Source: Marsupella aquatica
Taxonomy: Eukaryota > Plantae > Marchantiophyta
DNA length: 64,000 bases
Reading direction: 5' to 3'
Assembly: GCA_973895155.1 (NCBI GenBank)
Contig: OZ316896.1
Location: 15,934,576 to 15,998,575 of the forward strand
This document shows, piece after piece, positions 40,014-53,779 of the stretch. Made by a program: the position numbers and the translations under genes. The notes beneath the pieces are model-generated. The model saw only the letters and a list, made by a program, of their open reading frames with translations. It ran no database searches and was not told the DNA's origin. Each line of letters starts with the position of its first letter. The stretch's first letter is position 1.

Positions 40014-42710
40014 CTAGTAGATCTCTTGGTCGCTCTCTAGATCTCGTCCACAAATGTTTTTATAGCACCAATACAAGTGTTTGCAAGGGAAGAAGTATCT
40101 TCTAGTATCCCTCATGATGAAATCTTGACAAAAGCAAGTTGGGAACACACATCTGTACACAGTGGTTGAATTGCGGCCACGATGAGTGTTGAAAGTACCA
40201 CTCATAAGTCAGTTGCATTCCCTTCTTCAATTCGAATCATGGAAGTGAACCTCATCAACTTGGATTTTGCACTCTCAATACGTTTCTTTGCATCTGCCGT
40301 CACAATCAATCTCCTTCGCTGTAAACGGCCATTGCAACGGCTCAACCTGACATCAGGCTTCAATGGATCCATCCGCTTTATGTAACTATTCAAGTCCACA
40401 ATTATATCGTTGAGACTCACCATTGAATCACCAAGAATGATGACCTATACCACATTCAATCAATTGTCATGGGGAAAATCAACTTCCTCTTGTGTTAGAT
40501 AGGTTCCTCGAGCAATTGAGATCTTCTCTAGTAGTGGGGGCAGTCTCCAATAACATATGTCATGGAGGATTTTTGACAACACTTGTTGTTTGACAAACCA
40601 AAACTTTTATGAAATTTTTGGATCCTTGTAACTGCTCCCAGCCAATAAGCACAATCCTACCACACCCAACATTGCATAACGAAACCCCACCACCTTGATG
40701 TATAGACTGCATGCCGGACGTTCTGTGCCTTTGAAGGCACCTCTACAAGCGGGACCACTTCCATGGCGACTAATGCAAGACAAAAATAACATGATTGTTG
40801 GCATCACATTGTTCTCCTGAACTTATCTTTGTTCGCTTCTATTATGCAAAGGTTCAGCAAACCGCGTTGGTGGACAAACAGGTGATGACCTTGGTATTGA
40901 CCTTGTTGGGGTTGGAGGAGGTGGAACACATGTTGCCCTTGTTGGGGGTGGAGGAGGAACACGAGTTGACCTCCTTGGGGTTGGTGATGGAGGGACACGT
41001 GCTGACCTTGTTGCACGTTGTGGTAGACTCTCCAAAATCACCACATCTGATCCACCAAATCCTGTAGGAGAGTCTGACAAGGTTGACAACTCGATCACAT
41101 CAGGAATGGTACTTTTCAAGTTTGCATCTCGACTTGAAATCCCCTTGAACTTTTGCTTCTTAGGTTGAGTTACTAGAATGACATCATCGCGATGAGAGTC
41201 TTCTACTGCAATAGCATCAGCTGAAACCTTGTCTCACACCAGCATTCATTGAGTTGCATAGTCACCAAGAATTGGGTCCCCCAAAGCATATTCAACCATC
41301 TCTAGTTGAGTCATCATTGTATTCAACTTTGAGAAGAAACTTTTAACATTCCCAACCATCCTGGCATCTTGAAGACGAAGTTCAAAAGGCTTGGGTCACG
41401 GTCCTTCCTCCATTGGGTCATGTAGTTGACAAGGACACCAATTTGATTTGATGCACGGGTTGCATCAGTTATATAAGATTGCACTATTCCAATCTTTGTT
41501 GTGGAGGACCATCGGCGCATTGTGACATGCACAAATTCTACCCCGTTATGGTTCAGCATCAATGCAGACGTAGTTCTATCCATGTTCTACACAAAATCCA
41601 AAGAAAATAGTATTATAAAAAATATATACATGGTTCATCTTGTACAACATCTACAACATGTTCAACGTAGTCCATCATGGAGAGGCTCTCTAACATGTCT
41701 AGTTTCTTGTTGGATATCTTTGAGATGACCTACGTGTTTCAACTTGGAGAGGTTCTCCGATGAACCATGTGTTTACAAAACAAAAATTGGCTCTCTAACA
41801 TGTCTACCTCCCCGCCCATTTATTTTATCTCGGAGAAGCTATCCGAGATGACTCACATCTTCCATCTTGGAGAGGCTCTCCAAGATGTCTCATGTGTTCC
41901 ATCTTGGAAAGCCTCTCTGAGATGGAATATTACTAAGAATTAATAGACTTACTAGTTGAATGAATTTTCCTCACTGGAAAAATTACACAATCCACCACGA
42001 AAGCCATGTCTCCAATGACTTGTGAGACATCTTGGAGAGCCTCTCTGAGATAGAATATTACTAAGAATTAATAGACTTACTAGCTGAATGAATTTTCCTC
42101 ACTGGAAAAATTACACAATCCACCACGAAAGCCATGTCTCCAATGACTTGATTTTTCCTTTGATTGCATTCTCATTTTTCCACCAATTCTTCATCTTCTC
42201 AAAAGTCCAAAATGCAAGAACCACATTGGCAACGATACTCAATGAATCTAGAAGCTCCTTATGCTCAATTGCTTTGCTTGGAAGAATGGATTTCTTTGTC
42301 ATCTTCTCTACTGATTGCGTCCAATGAAATGCATCAGATTGCTTCTTTTAAGAATTAACTCTTTCATCCCAGAATGTGTTTCAAATTGTATTCCACCCAA
42401 TTGTAACATTATTGGCAATGAACCCGCAAAATATAACATTGTCAAGCCCATTTGCCTTACACACTCGTTTCATGACCTTGCATGTAGTTTGTAATGCAAC
42501 AATATCTTTCAAAACTAGCTTGCATACAAAAATTGTACACAGACCTCTGTATAGATGGTTGTATACCTGAGCTGACATTGTGCACCATCTCAGTCATCCG
42601 TTGCATAACATCAAATATCACCCATAAGTCTTGTAGATCTCCACCAGACTGCATCCTTTGAATGAGATTGACTCCAGACCCTGGACCCTTTACAGTCATC
42701 TTGAAAATGT
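40014..42710 (-). pseudogene. Degenerate MULE-like transposase with C-terminal SWIM zinc finger
   Basis: Fragments IFKMTVKGPGSGVNLIQRMQSGGDL...IFD, GFIAN, FHWTQS, WLSWW, a Pro-rich linker, and TCFCQDF...PCKHLYW (CxC...CxH SWIM). Many stops and frameshifts. Confidence 0.65.
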
Positions 42711-44614
42711 GTGGACGTAGCTTTAGAAAAGAGGTGAACCACGTAAAGATTGTGTCAACTACGTGTGCATAGAATGATTAATGATTAGATCATCATGAAG
42801 AAAGACGTCATAGTTCAACAATTGGTATCAAAGCAAGCCTGGGAGGTGACGATAAATTTTTTGTGACATATTAGTGACGGTTTTTTTAGCGGTTAGTGTT
42901 GATGGATTTTATGGAGTTCTGTCACATGGAACTTGGAGATGTTGGGCTCAACAAATAGATTGGGGCAAGGGCTATTTAACGGTGTGAAGAAATCACTGAT
43001 CGAGATTTGTGGTGTGAAGGAATCAAAGTTCTCAACCTTCTGGAATTTTTTGACGAAAAGAGATTTATGTTCGATGATTTTTTCAAAGGAGGAAAGACCT
43101 GAGATTATTTTTTCAACAGTGTGAGCTTTGCGGTGCGTGAGACGTTGCATACTATAGCTCAAATCATAGATCGGGGGAAGCTGGTCGTTTTGGTATCTGG
43201 TTTGTTATCGAGGGTGAATTACGTGCGACACAACGAGCGAAAGAGACATTTCTGAATTTCTTCATAGCTATGGAGATATAGCCTTGGTTGAAGTGGGTTT
43301 CTCGACGTCACACTTGGCTCGGGGAAATAAATGCAAAGTGCAATGACTCAACAGAGAGATCGCGATGCGATGGTCATTTTGAGTCCAAGATTGGCACTTG
43401 GCGCGGAGTAAAGGAGTCATGACAGAAAGTTTTTACTCTGCTAGAGTTACAAATGACACTGTCTGGGGGGAAATGTGGTTCTTGAGGAAGCACCAGGCCT
43501 ATGGCTGCTAGTATCAAGAGAGAACTTAAGTTAAGATCATGATTACTATCTTAGACTGGGTAACAGACACCACAAGTAATGATTTTGTGGATGAAAATAC
43601 AACATCATAACCTTTTTCTCCATACCTACGGACTATTGTCTCCTTAGCAGCTACATCGGGTCGAGTTACAAAACAAATATCTCCCAACGAGAAAAAAATG
43701 GGAGATTCATCGGAGAGGTTTGTTGAGATTCATCTCAATACAAGATAAAAATTGTGCAAGCCCAATCCTGTTCGTAAATTACATGAGGATATACAAGTGG
43801 CTCTATTGAATTTAACACTGCAGTTGCAAATGTTTCTCTAAAGTGAAAAGTCATATGCTGACGCATTATCTCGTTTCGGAGTACATGAATTCTAATAAGA
43901 AAAAAATTAGGGAGAGAAAGAACAGGTATTTGTCTGGGCATTATCGTACTATCAAATATTTCATCCAACTAATATTCATTCTAATGACAAGATATAAAAT
44001 TATTCAACGAAAAAGATTATTCGTTCAAACAAATACTATACATTGAGTTAACTCTATGTCTATACATGCAGGTGTTTATCTTAAAAGGTCTATCTTTTTT
44101 TGAATAAAAACACTATCTGAAGGTCCAACGCATACAAATTATCACTGATTGAATTAAGCTTCAAGCCAGCGTGCATGCGTGGGTCTACTTCATAAGCTTA
44201 GGGTTTCACCCAAAATGAATATATGATGTCAAGGTATTGTTGAGCACTTTCCAACTCTTTAGGACTTAATAACCATCTCCTATCAAATGATAACATTTTT
44301 TGAAGGTCCAACTCATACAAAATATCCCTGACCAAGTTGAAACTCTAAGCAAGAGTGCATGAGTGGGTCTATTTCATAAGGATTATATTCATAGAAGAGG
44401 TCATCAAATCCAATGGATTCTTAAGGCTTCACAACTTAGTTGATGAAAAATGGAGAGTGAGGGGAGAGTGCCCATCTCCTCTTTATTTATAGCGCTCACA
44501 CCTCGAGCACACGGATCAAGTACGGAACACGGATGGAAGTCATGTGTCACACATCCAAGGCAAGTAAATATGCTAGTACTGTAGTTACGTGAGTGGAACA
44601 ATTATAGGCAATAC

Positions 44615-44880
44615 ATTGTAGCATGTACACTATAGATCTTAGCTATAGATTTAAAGATCGTACAATGTAGCATGCACACTAAAGATTGTATACTGTAGCA
44701 TGCATACTGTAGATCGTACACTGTAGCATGCATACTAAAGATCGTACAATGTAGCATGCATACTGTAGATCGTACACTGTAGCATACACACTGTAGGTCG
44801 TGCACTCTAGCATGCATACTAAAGATCATATATTGTAGCATGCACACTGTAGACTGTACATTGTAGCATGCACACTGTAC
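44615..44880. repeat. 28-bp tandem repeat array
   Basis: TGTAGCATGCA(T/C)ACT(GT/AA)AGATCGTACA(C/A) repeated about 9 times. Confidence 0.85.
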
Positions 44881-45394
44881 ACATGTATATTATGCGAGAA
44901 TTCAAACTACTATTCTATATTAATAAGCTATACTTATGAGGATCTAACTAAACAAAGAATCCCCACGACAGTGCCGATAAAATTTGACAAATTTTTCCAG
45001 TCAACGGTGATCATTTTTCTTGTTGGAAAAGGCAGTGAAAAACTGTGTAATCAACAATTTTTTGTTGAGGCAAAATTTTGTTTAAAGGGGGTTTTTTGGG
45101 GCACTTGTATAACCCTGCCCTATATACTCCTATATTTTCTGAAGCGTAGACCCCGTCTCTATCTTTATACCTCCCCATAGGACATTGTGCCCCTTGCTTC
45201 ACCCATTCCCTTAGCATTTAAAGCATCTAGGGAAGAAGGAGCAACTCCATTCTCTTGGGAGGAGAAATTTTTATTTTTTCTTTACCCTCGTACTAAGGTA
45301 CAAACAAGGAAGAGGGCACGCAGTCCTATGCAACGTTAAAAAAAGAATCCTCCTCCTAGGGCACAAGGCCCTAAGTACATTGAAGGAGGGGATT

Positions 45395-46256
45395 GTGTGA
45401 GAAGTGAATATTTATGAGAGAAGGGTTAACTAACCATAAATTTTGAAATTTTTAATTTTAAGACATCAAATGAGGCTGAAGAGGGACCTGAAGACTACTT
45501 TGAAGTGTTGTACGACTTTCAAGCCCATCTAAGATCGACTTGGACTGATATGAGAGTTTGAGGATCGACCCAAAACTTTGCACTGCAGCCAGAAATGAGA
45601 TAGAACATCTTGAAACTAGACTGTGATGTACATCAACTATCTATGCCAAAGTTTTAAAACCATAAGTCAATCACAGACATGACCACAGCAGAATCCGGAT
45701 ATAAGGAAGGAGATTCAACTCGGCTTCTCACACCTCTCAAAGCCAAACTTAGTAAGTTTTGAGTTCCCGAGCGTATTAGGCTATATAAGTAGTAGAGAGA
45801 GGAGGCTCTACCCTTTTGGTAGAGGATCTTGGGTCCGGATTATAGGACCAATCTTTGATTGCACGATGAGAGCCTAGATATGAGGATACTGACTAAATCG
45901 TTGTGAGGGAATGTCTACTCCTACACTGGAGGTGAAGGCAAGAAGTGTGAGATCCTGATTGTGGATAAGTTGATTGTGAAAAGGGCATTCAGGTCAACCC
46001 GGACGTCGCTACTGAAGGCCAAATTGAATTTGATTTCTACTAACGTTTAATGAACCTGCACCATGATTGAAGGAATCTTGATGGATTTGTGAAGATTAGG
46101 TTTTCACCTGATTAGAAAAGCTGTAGCCAGGTCAACTCGGACATCTCTGTCATCTTACGATGCCGAAGAGATTGAATTGTTTAAGGTCGCACAACTATAG
46201 AGCTCGCTGTAGAGGAGACATACCATTTGGCAGAAACCAATCCACTACTTGCATCA
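45395..46256 (+). mobile_element. Possible LTR-like insertion in the copia leader
   Basis: Absent from copia copy 2; TATA-like CTATATAAG at 45781, repeated GGTCAAC(C/T)CGGAC, ends TGCATCA. No TSD found. Confidence 0.3.
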
Positions 46257-46699
46257 ACTCTATGGATCAAAAGAATAGTCAAAGATTCCAAGGTCCGAAC
46301 GATAACTTTTTTTGGATTTTTTTTGCAATGACATAGCCACTAAAGCTAGCAACGTAGTGCACCAATTGATTTGCATTTCCATTGACAGGTGATACTTGAC
46401 ATTTTTGTTATTCCCCGAGGTGGTCAAAATGAGGAAGAATCTTTGAGTTTTACACACGCCAAAGAAAACATGAAAATATTTTTTGTTGAAATTCGGTTTC
46501 AATTTTGGATTTCAGCGTTGGCTTGCTAGGTTGGTGGGCTATGTGGCGGTGAAAGGTTTCAAGTTTTTTGGGAAGTTACAAAAATCAATATTTTTCATGA
46601 TTTGGAGTTGAATCAATGGAACGGAAGAAAGGAAAAAGCGATAAAAATATATATGGAAAAATGTAAAAATAGCACATGGAGAATGTCGGGAGGACAAAG

Positions 46700-47915
46700 A
46701 TGACATCCAAGTTTTGAGGTGTCAAGTTTGAGGTGAAAAAGTATGATGGGAGCATAAATTTTTAGTTATGGAAGAATCAGGTCAAGAGAATTCTTCGTGC
46801 CATAGATTTAGATCATCTGCTATCTACTCGGGAGGAGTCTAGTAGTGGAGAGGAGATCCCATTGAGGAAATGGAGTTATGAGCAAATGATCGCTGTTAAT
46901 GCTATATCTAAAATCGCACATCATCAAGAAGCTGGATGACTATGAGGATTGCATATCCTTGTTCAAGATCGTAAGAGAGAAATATTATTGCAAGAACGCC
47001 TTAGATTGGTTGTACAAGAAGTCTCTCTTGATAAGCTTGAGACTCAAAGAAGAAAGCAAGTTTAGAGATCACTTGGATGAATTTGACAGTCTAGCTGTGG
47101 ATTTGTCAAATCTGGCAAACGAGTGGAAGAAGAAAATAAGGCATTACTTCTTCTCAACTTCTTATCCCATTGTATCAAGGTTTGAAGCAGGTTCTGTTGT
47201 ATAGAGACCTGAAAACCATTTCATATGATGAGATGGTAAGCTCTTTTCTGTTAGATGATGTACAAAAGAAATTGGGTCATGCCCAGACACCAACTTTTCG
47301 GCACTGAGTTGAATGTAAATCGTAGGAGGACTCAACAACGGATGACTGGAGAAAATAAGTTCTTTCATAATCGTACCCTTCACAAAATAGAGGCAATGAC
47401 AAGGCTAGGTCTAAGTCTAGATCTAGATATAGAGAGAAATCTCCACAAAAAAATTTGATTACATTCTGAAAATGTGACAAGACTAGCCACATGAAAAAAA
47501 TTGTCAAGTCAAGCAGACTCATCAATTCTCAGCGAACGTAGTTACTGATGTTGATATGATTGATTCACTTGATGATGACATTTTATGATGCCGAGTTTTT
47601 GTCATTAACATAGTGTCACATTCAGATAATGATGATTGGATACTAGATAGTGCATGTACCTTTCATATTTGCTCTAGGAAAATAAATTATATTCTTACAC
47701 AATTACCAACTGTTAAGTATTGATGGAGAATGAAATCTCATGTCAAAGTGATTGAACTTGGATGTGCATAGTGATGTGTGGGGACCAGTCGCTTCTCCCT
47801 CATATTCTAAAAGAGTTTACTATATCACGTTCATTGATGATTGTTCAAGGTATGTGTGGATATATTTTATACACAATAAGTCTGATATTTTTGCCACTTT
47901 TAAGGAGTGAAAAAT
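46700..47915 (+). pseudogene. copia gag / protease / partial integrase remnant
   Basis: Aligns to the 62915-64000 gag-PR; multiple stops and frameshifts; a deletion joins protease to the integrase core. Confidence 0.85.
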
Positions 47916-48016
47916 TATCAATACTGTCGCTTATTTGGTTTGCCAAAGTAGTAGATTCTTCTTTAAATGTCTAGTTTCCTTATAAGTTGTACGTTTGTAT
48001 CATAATAATTATGTAT

Positions 48017-50628
48017 TGTCAAACACTTGTCAAGGAGCTTAAGCGGCTTTTCTCCCCAAAAGACTACCTAATACCTGTTCCATATCATACCAGGGTCACA
48101 AAGGATTGACAAAACTTCTGAAATGTGCCTACAATGACTAATCACTCCATACATAAATAGTTTCAATTCTCCACTGCTAGAGAGGTAGTCTCCTTGACTA
48201 CTTTTGTACTCACACCCTTCCCCTCTCCTCTACTCCAAGGATCAGCAAAGGGGATCTGCGCTCCAAGCTATCACCTTAGAGTAGATTCTCACACAAACAC
48301 CTAAGAACCAAAGTACTTTCCTCTTCAAGCTTAAGTCTCCTCAAGACCCTCAAAGTAGTGTTACCCCTCAACCTTGCCCCTTGGCCTTGGTTTGGGTCCA
48401 CACATCCCCTTTGAGCTCTAGAGAAGGCTCTTCTATCTCGGGCTCTATCTAAGGACTCTTCCTCTTGTTCTTACTTCTTGTTAACACCACACACCAAGCA
48501 AAATATTTTTCACCCTCACGCTATAATCCTTTCTAAGTCTCAAAGTAGTGCTTTACCTTAACCTTGCCTCCTTGGCCTTGGTTTTGTACTAGCACATCCC
48601 TTTCAAGCTTAGACCAAGATTATATCATAGCATGGACTCTTTTCTTGCTCTCATATGCTTCAAATGCACTCACACTTAATGGTCACAATGAAGATTGACA
48701 AGTCTCCTTTTATTGCATCACCTTTACAACAAAAGTTCACTACACATTCTTCACATTAAGCATGCATCACCTCTCCTTTCTCAAGCTTAGCCTTACCTTG
48801 GCAAGGTAAAGATTCCACTTAAGAGATGAGACTCTCGGTCCCTAACAAAGGAAAACTTTCTCCTTATATACTATTCTCCTTCCACACCACACCAAGCTTG
48901 ACCTGGGGTCCAACTACTCCTCCCCCAAGTCCCCCTAACACACAAAGTCCAACTCTATAGTTTGTAGCTCACTCTACAACCTATTGCTTGACTCCTTCCA
49001 AGCCCTGGAATATGCCACACATGAGTTGCATGCTTTGACCTCAAAACCTGCTCTCACTTATGGTCCTCCTCACCAGCTTTCCAACCCACTTGAAAGCTCG
49101 CAAAAAGAGTGAGTGAGTCTCAAGTTGTGTCATGTCAAAGTTGGCTCCTTATTTACTAGTTCTTACTTACTACCCTAACCTATCAACTTACTTTTCTTAC
49201 CCTAACGGCCTTGCACCTTTACCCTGAGGTACTCTCTTCTCCATGTATCCTAACTTGGGTGACACGAGTGCAAGAAGTGTCGGCCTAAAAACTTGGTCTT
49301 ACTTTCCTATGCCGACTCCCGTTTGCAAGCTATGGGGACCCCCTCGTGGCCTCCGCTAAAAATATATTTGAGTGATTATTTTTCTGGGTTTCCACCTTCA
49401 CCAAGGGGTGCCTTACCTTCCCCTAACTCAGCACAAAAAAATTTGGGCCCCAACGGATATCCCTAGCCAAAGTTATGCACATTCTCCCAAGACCTGTTTT
49501 TGGTGTAAAGCGGGTGTAAGCGGCGACCCGATTACACTTGAACCTTACACGCCCCTTATGGGGATTCCACGTGTCATGAGGGGAGAGTACTCTCATTATA
49601 TTCATGTTTCTTATAAAAAAGATTGATAAGGACACCAATTTTTGCAGCATTTTCCTCTCTCTTGAATTCAATCTGAAACGACAGCATTCTCTATTGGATC
49701 GAATGACAGCAGGTCAATTGATAGCTCAGCCAGGTCTACAGCACCCTTCTCAGTCCACCTCCATAGCCATCCAGCCTTGCAAGTGATTCAAAATCGCAGC
49801 AAAATTTTGCAGCAGCCATAGCCCACCAATTCGCAGCTTGCAGCACAACAGCACAGCAGCAGATTCGAAGCATAACAGCTGATTCAAAGCACAGCAGCAG
49901 CAGTTATAACTTGATTCCTTCTCAACAACTAGCTCTATTCCAATCACTTAGCCAAGCAAGTCTCTCTTCTCAATTTCGTAGCTGCCCACCTCTACAATTT
50001 CGCACCTAGCAGCAGTATCCATCAATTCAGCAGCATCAAGGCAACAGCCAGCCAATTCTCGTGAGCATCTCATGCCTAATTAATAGCAGCACCTCTAATC
50101 TATTGTGCCGCTGCCATAGCAGCAAGCAACCTTCCCAATTCAAAGCCAGCCTTCCTATTCCAATCAGCAGCCATAGCTCACAATTCAAGTCCTTCTCAAC
50201 AGTAGCTAGCTCAATTCAATCCCGCACCTGCCTATTCAGATCAAGAGTAGCCTATTTTGATGAGCACCAGCCCTTAAATTAGCCCACCTCGTGCATTCCT
50301 GCCCATGTCGTGCTTGCCTGACCTCGTGCTAGTCTGGTCGCAGCCGCGTCGACGCGTTTTGACACTTGGAAAATTTTTGTTTTCCTCTCAGGAGAAACAG
50401 TTATACTGGCCCCTCTTGAAGACCATGCCATAATTCACTCAAATGTCCAAACGTACTTCTGAGCACATTTATGGAATCCTTGGACATAGGACTCACTCCT
50501 AAATTTATCAAACTCTCTAAACACTTCATAACAACTTTTCTAAAAATACATAAGTTTGACCATATCTATTAAAGCACATTACTATTCCCAATCTTTGAGG
50601 TGTTCCCAAAAAGTAACAAAAGGTGACA
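48017..50628. repeat. Non-coding repeat-like block, possibly a large LTR remnant
   Basis: Diverged ~190-bp internal repeats (48351, 48541), CAG-rich tract 49700-50330, TGTCA...TGACA ends. No TSD. Confidence 0.3.
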
Positions 50629-50745
50629 AATTATTATGTGTAATTGATAAAATTATTATGCATAATTGATAAAATTATTATGCATAATTGGTAAAATTAC
50701 TATGTATAGTTGATAAAACTACTATACGTAATTGATAAAATCATT
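50629..50745. repeat. 22-bp AT-rich tandem repeat
   Basis: TAATTGATAAAATTATTATGCA, about 5 units. Confidence 0.85.
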
Positions 50746-51485
50746 GTACACTATTATAAAATATACATAATGCATACAAAATGTAACATATATGCTCTAA
50801 TAATATAACTATGAAGCTTTTAAATAAAATTATTTTTTAATAAATTCAAATAATATAATATAGATTTTAGTTCCAAAAAGAATCCCCACACAACGGCTGG
50901 TGGCCCCGCCCGGCTAAATAGCTTCCATATAATTATTCATTTATATTTCATCTCGCCATTAAGATCCACGTCGACGTTGTCTGCTCGTCCAAATCAATTC
51001 ACCATCTCAATTAAAGAATGCACAAAATAATACCACCGGAAATAGCGAGGTTCACAAGCGAACGCCCGGAAGGATATTGATTTGTAAGGGCATTTATCCA
51101 CCGCCGTAATTGAGCCAAAAGATTTAATGGTGGATTACCCCGTGTTGGGATAGTTGCATCCTAACCCAATGATCATGCTACTATATTGAATGATATACAG
51201 TTATAGGGTTGATCTTAATGTACCTGAGTGAGTGACCGAGTAGGGTATGTGGACTGTTGAGTGAATCTTGGCTATATCGAGCTAAAGTTGGGGGGTTGTT
51301 TGGGCCTTGTGGTTGTGGGGAAGGATTATGGGAGCACTCTTAAGGCTGGACGAGCCTAAAAGGGGTGGATGAGGGATAGGCTTGAGTTTTCAACTGCACG
51401 TATACGAGGGTACCGAACGGCTTATCGGGAGCACATTGCCTCACTCGTGGCTAGAGAGAGAGAGATTGAATAGAAGACCTGGGCC

Positions 51486-53166
51486 ATGACCACCGGGGAG
51501 GAAATGAGTAGGGCACCCAAGAATTTCAAGAGTGCATACCCGAAGAACACCCTTAAAATCCTTGAGGAGAGTGGAGACTTGTTTAGAGCCACCGGGCTTA
51601 TGGATTTTGTGAGACTAGATATCAAGTGTCATGTTGAGAAGAGTTGGGATATCGAGGCGGGAATAGAGGCCCGGTTTGGGGGCTATACTATCGTCGCCTC
51701 AACAACATCTTCAGTCACTCGGACGTTGCCAGCTTCTTGATGCTTTCCAACTAGGATTTCACATTTTCTCCCATGGGGGCGCCTCAACTACTCACCCTAG
51801 ACCAATTATCCAGGTTTATGAGGGAGCCAACGTCGGTGACCAACATCCCCCTCACCTCCTTCAAAGACCCAACCTACAAAGGGTTTGTAGGGAAGGTGCA
51901 CCAGCGGATCCTCAATCGACCACAATCTGGTTTCATCATGGGAGAGCATCTGGTCATCGCAATAGATATTAAGAGCCACCCGGAGTATGCATATGGTTGG
52001 TGGGCATACAGTGTGAAGAAGACCTTGGCGGTGGATCCCCGGAGTCTCAAGCCAGGCGGGATCATTCATGTGATTGGGTCCTTCATCCTAGCCCGGGCTG
52101 AGGGACTCATACTCGGTCCCATGCCTCTACCAGTTGAGGGGATAGTGTTGCCTTCCTTCTCAACCGAAGTGAGGAGGGTAGCTACCACAGTCATTGAGAG
52201 AATGGCCCGAAGGGCACCTACGGTGTCGGCATCTACGATTACCACATATGCATTAGATGAGGAGGAGGATGACAAAGAGTATACATTGGAGTGGCTAGAG
52301 GGCCTGGTCGGCAATCCGGAGGAGGCCATTGAGTATGACATTTCGGAGGTGTACCTGGCTGAACTACGGGAGTTTTATACCGGTGTCCACACGGGGATGA
52401 TGCTATGGCAGACTACAAAAAAAGATCTCGACCAGGCCAATGCCAAGATTGCAGCGTTGGAGAGGGACATCTTGGCGAACAAAGGCACCCTGTAGCAGGC
52501 CAATGAGAAGGTTACTCACTTACAAGAAATATTGGCCACCAAGACAAAGAAATTAAGCGGAAGAGGTGATGACCTTGAAGGGGGAAATACTAAGCCTAAA
52601 GGAATCATTGGGAGAAAGCGAGATCCTCAAGAAGCAAATTTTGGACCTTCATAGCCAAGTGAGCATTTATGAGACCAGGAATAAGAGGGCTGAGGTTTTA
52701 AGCCTTGGGAAGAGGAAGGCCCTCGTCTACCCAGCACTACCTCTACGGTTGCCCTAGAAATAGAAATTTTACAAGAAGCATTAAACTTTGCAGTCAACGC
52801 TGTGGTCAGAGAGCTTACCAAAACGTATGGACCCATATTGGAGGCTACCAAGAAGGACAAGGAGAAATGCAAAAACCTGGAGGGCAAACTGAAGGTGGCC
52901 CGTAAACCGTTACGAGATGCACTAGTTAGTCATGGTCCCACCAATATGCCACCAAGATTGGTCAAACCCATGTCGGCTTTGGCCAGTGGCCAAAGCTTGC
53001 CCGTAGAGTTGCGATCACTAGAGGAGACCGCCTTGTGAAGAGAGACTATCAACCAGGGGTACATCACTGCATGGAAGACTTTGGCCTGCTTTTGGCAAAA
53101 GGGAAGTTTGAGTCAAACTTCTGGGAGGACTACTCCGGTAAGAAGGGGGTGACCGAGGTGGCATGA
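51486..53166 (+). pseudogene. Decayed intronless ORF (~550 codons) with C-terminal coiled coil, probably transposon-associated
   Basis: Consecutive same-strand ORFs (51486, 51773, 52566, 52802) linked by stops and frameshifts; heptad-like KKDLDQANAKIAALERDIL and LKGEILSLKESL. Confidence 0.5.
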
Positions 53167-53779
53167 TCAGTTCAATCGGGCAGTGAGGATGTCAGTGGCC
53201 ACTCCGGGGAAGAAGGTAGTGATCAGTCAGAGGAGTAGGGTAGGGAATAGTTAGTTGTTGGTAGACGCCAATGAAGGCACCATTGGTGTTCAGTAAGGAA
53301 TAGTATTTTAAAATATGTGTGTGCTGCATGTTCTAGGTTAGAGGTGTTAGAATTAGTGACGCCGCCCGAGAAGGGGCGGTGGCCCTTGCGCCTTTGGGTG
53401 CTTGGGTATTTTGATTTTTAGTACTTAACAGCAACCCCTGGTAAGGGCAGGGGGGACTCAGTCCAAAGTGAATTTGGAGTGTTAGTTTGCGACATAGAGC
53501 AGGAAGTCATCTGGAGTAGGAAGGTGAGGAGTGCTCATCGTCCTAGTGAGGCAGGAGTTGAGTAGACGGGAGGAGGCCGGGTTGCTTATACGATGTATTA
53601 CGTTGTTCACCAAGAGCTATGGATTCAGTATGACTCTTCAATTTTTGTTGTGTGTTATGATTTCTTTTTCCTTCATAGTTGTGTCCTTCCCGTAGCCGTA
53701 TTGGTGTGCTTTTGTGACAGAATCCCCCAAGCGGATTTTTAAGAGAAGTTTGCAAGGTTTGGTCGGCCTTGTGAGCTAG

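Larger units (their letters stand above)
39382..42710 (-). mobile_element. Truncated Mutator-like (MULE) transposon: one TIR, subterminal repeats, degenerate transposase
   Basis: TIR GAGAGGAGCAATTTCATCAGTTATCA at 39382 matches the TIRs of the 9-bp-TSD element at 55595-56763; repeat array and transposase fragments follow; cut at ~42710 by a copia LTR piece. Confidence 0.7.
42710..47915 (+). mobile_element. Degenerate Ty1/copia element (copy 1): 3' part of LTR to 42820, PBS, long leader interrupted by insertions, gag, protease, integrase fragment
   Basis: LTR end TTCAACA followed by ATTGGTATCAAAGC; colinear similarity to 61040-64000; gag from 46700 (KFEVKKYDG), WILDSACTFHIC, VHSDVWGP and YYITFIDDCSRYVWIYF. 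Confidence 0.88.

Noticed and set aside
42893-43162. Antisense ORF similar to 61365-61670 (MQRL.H.KAHTVEK) as a copia accessory gene
   Set aside because: Similarity follows from nucleotide homology of the leader; ORF starts, ends and frames diverge between copies.
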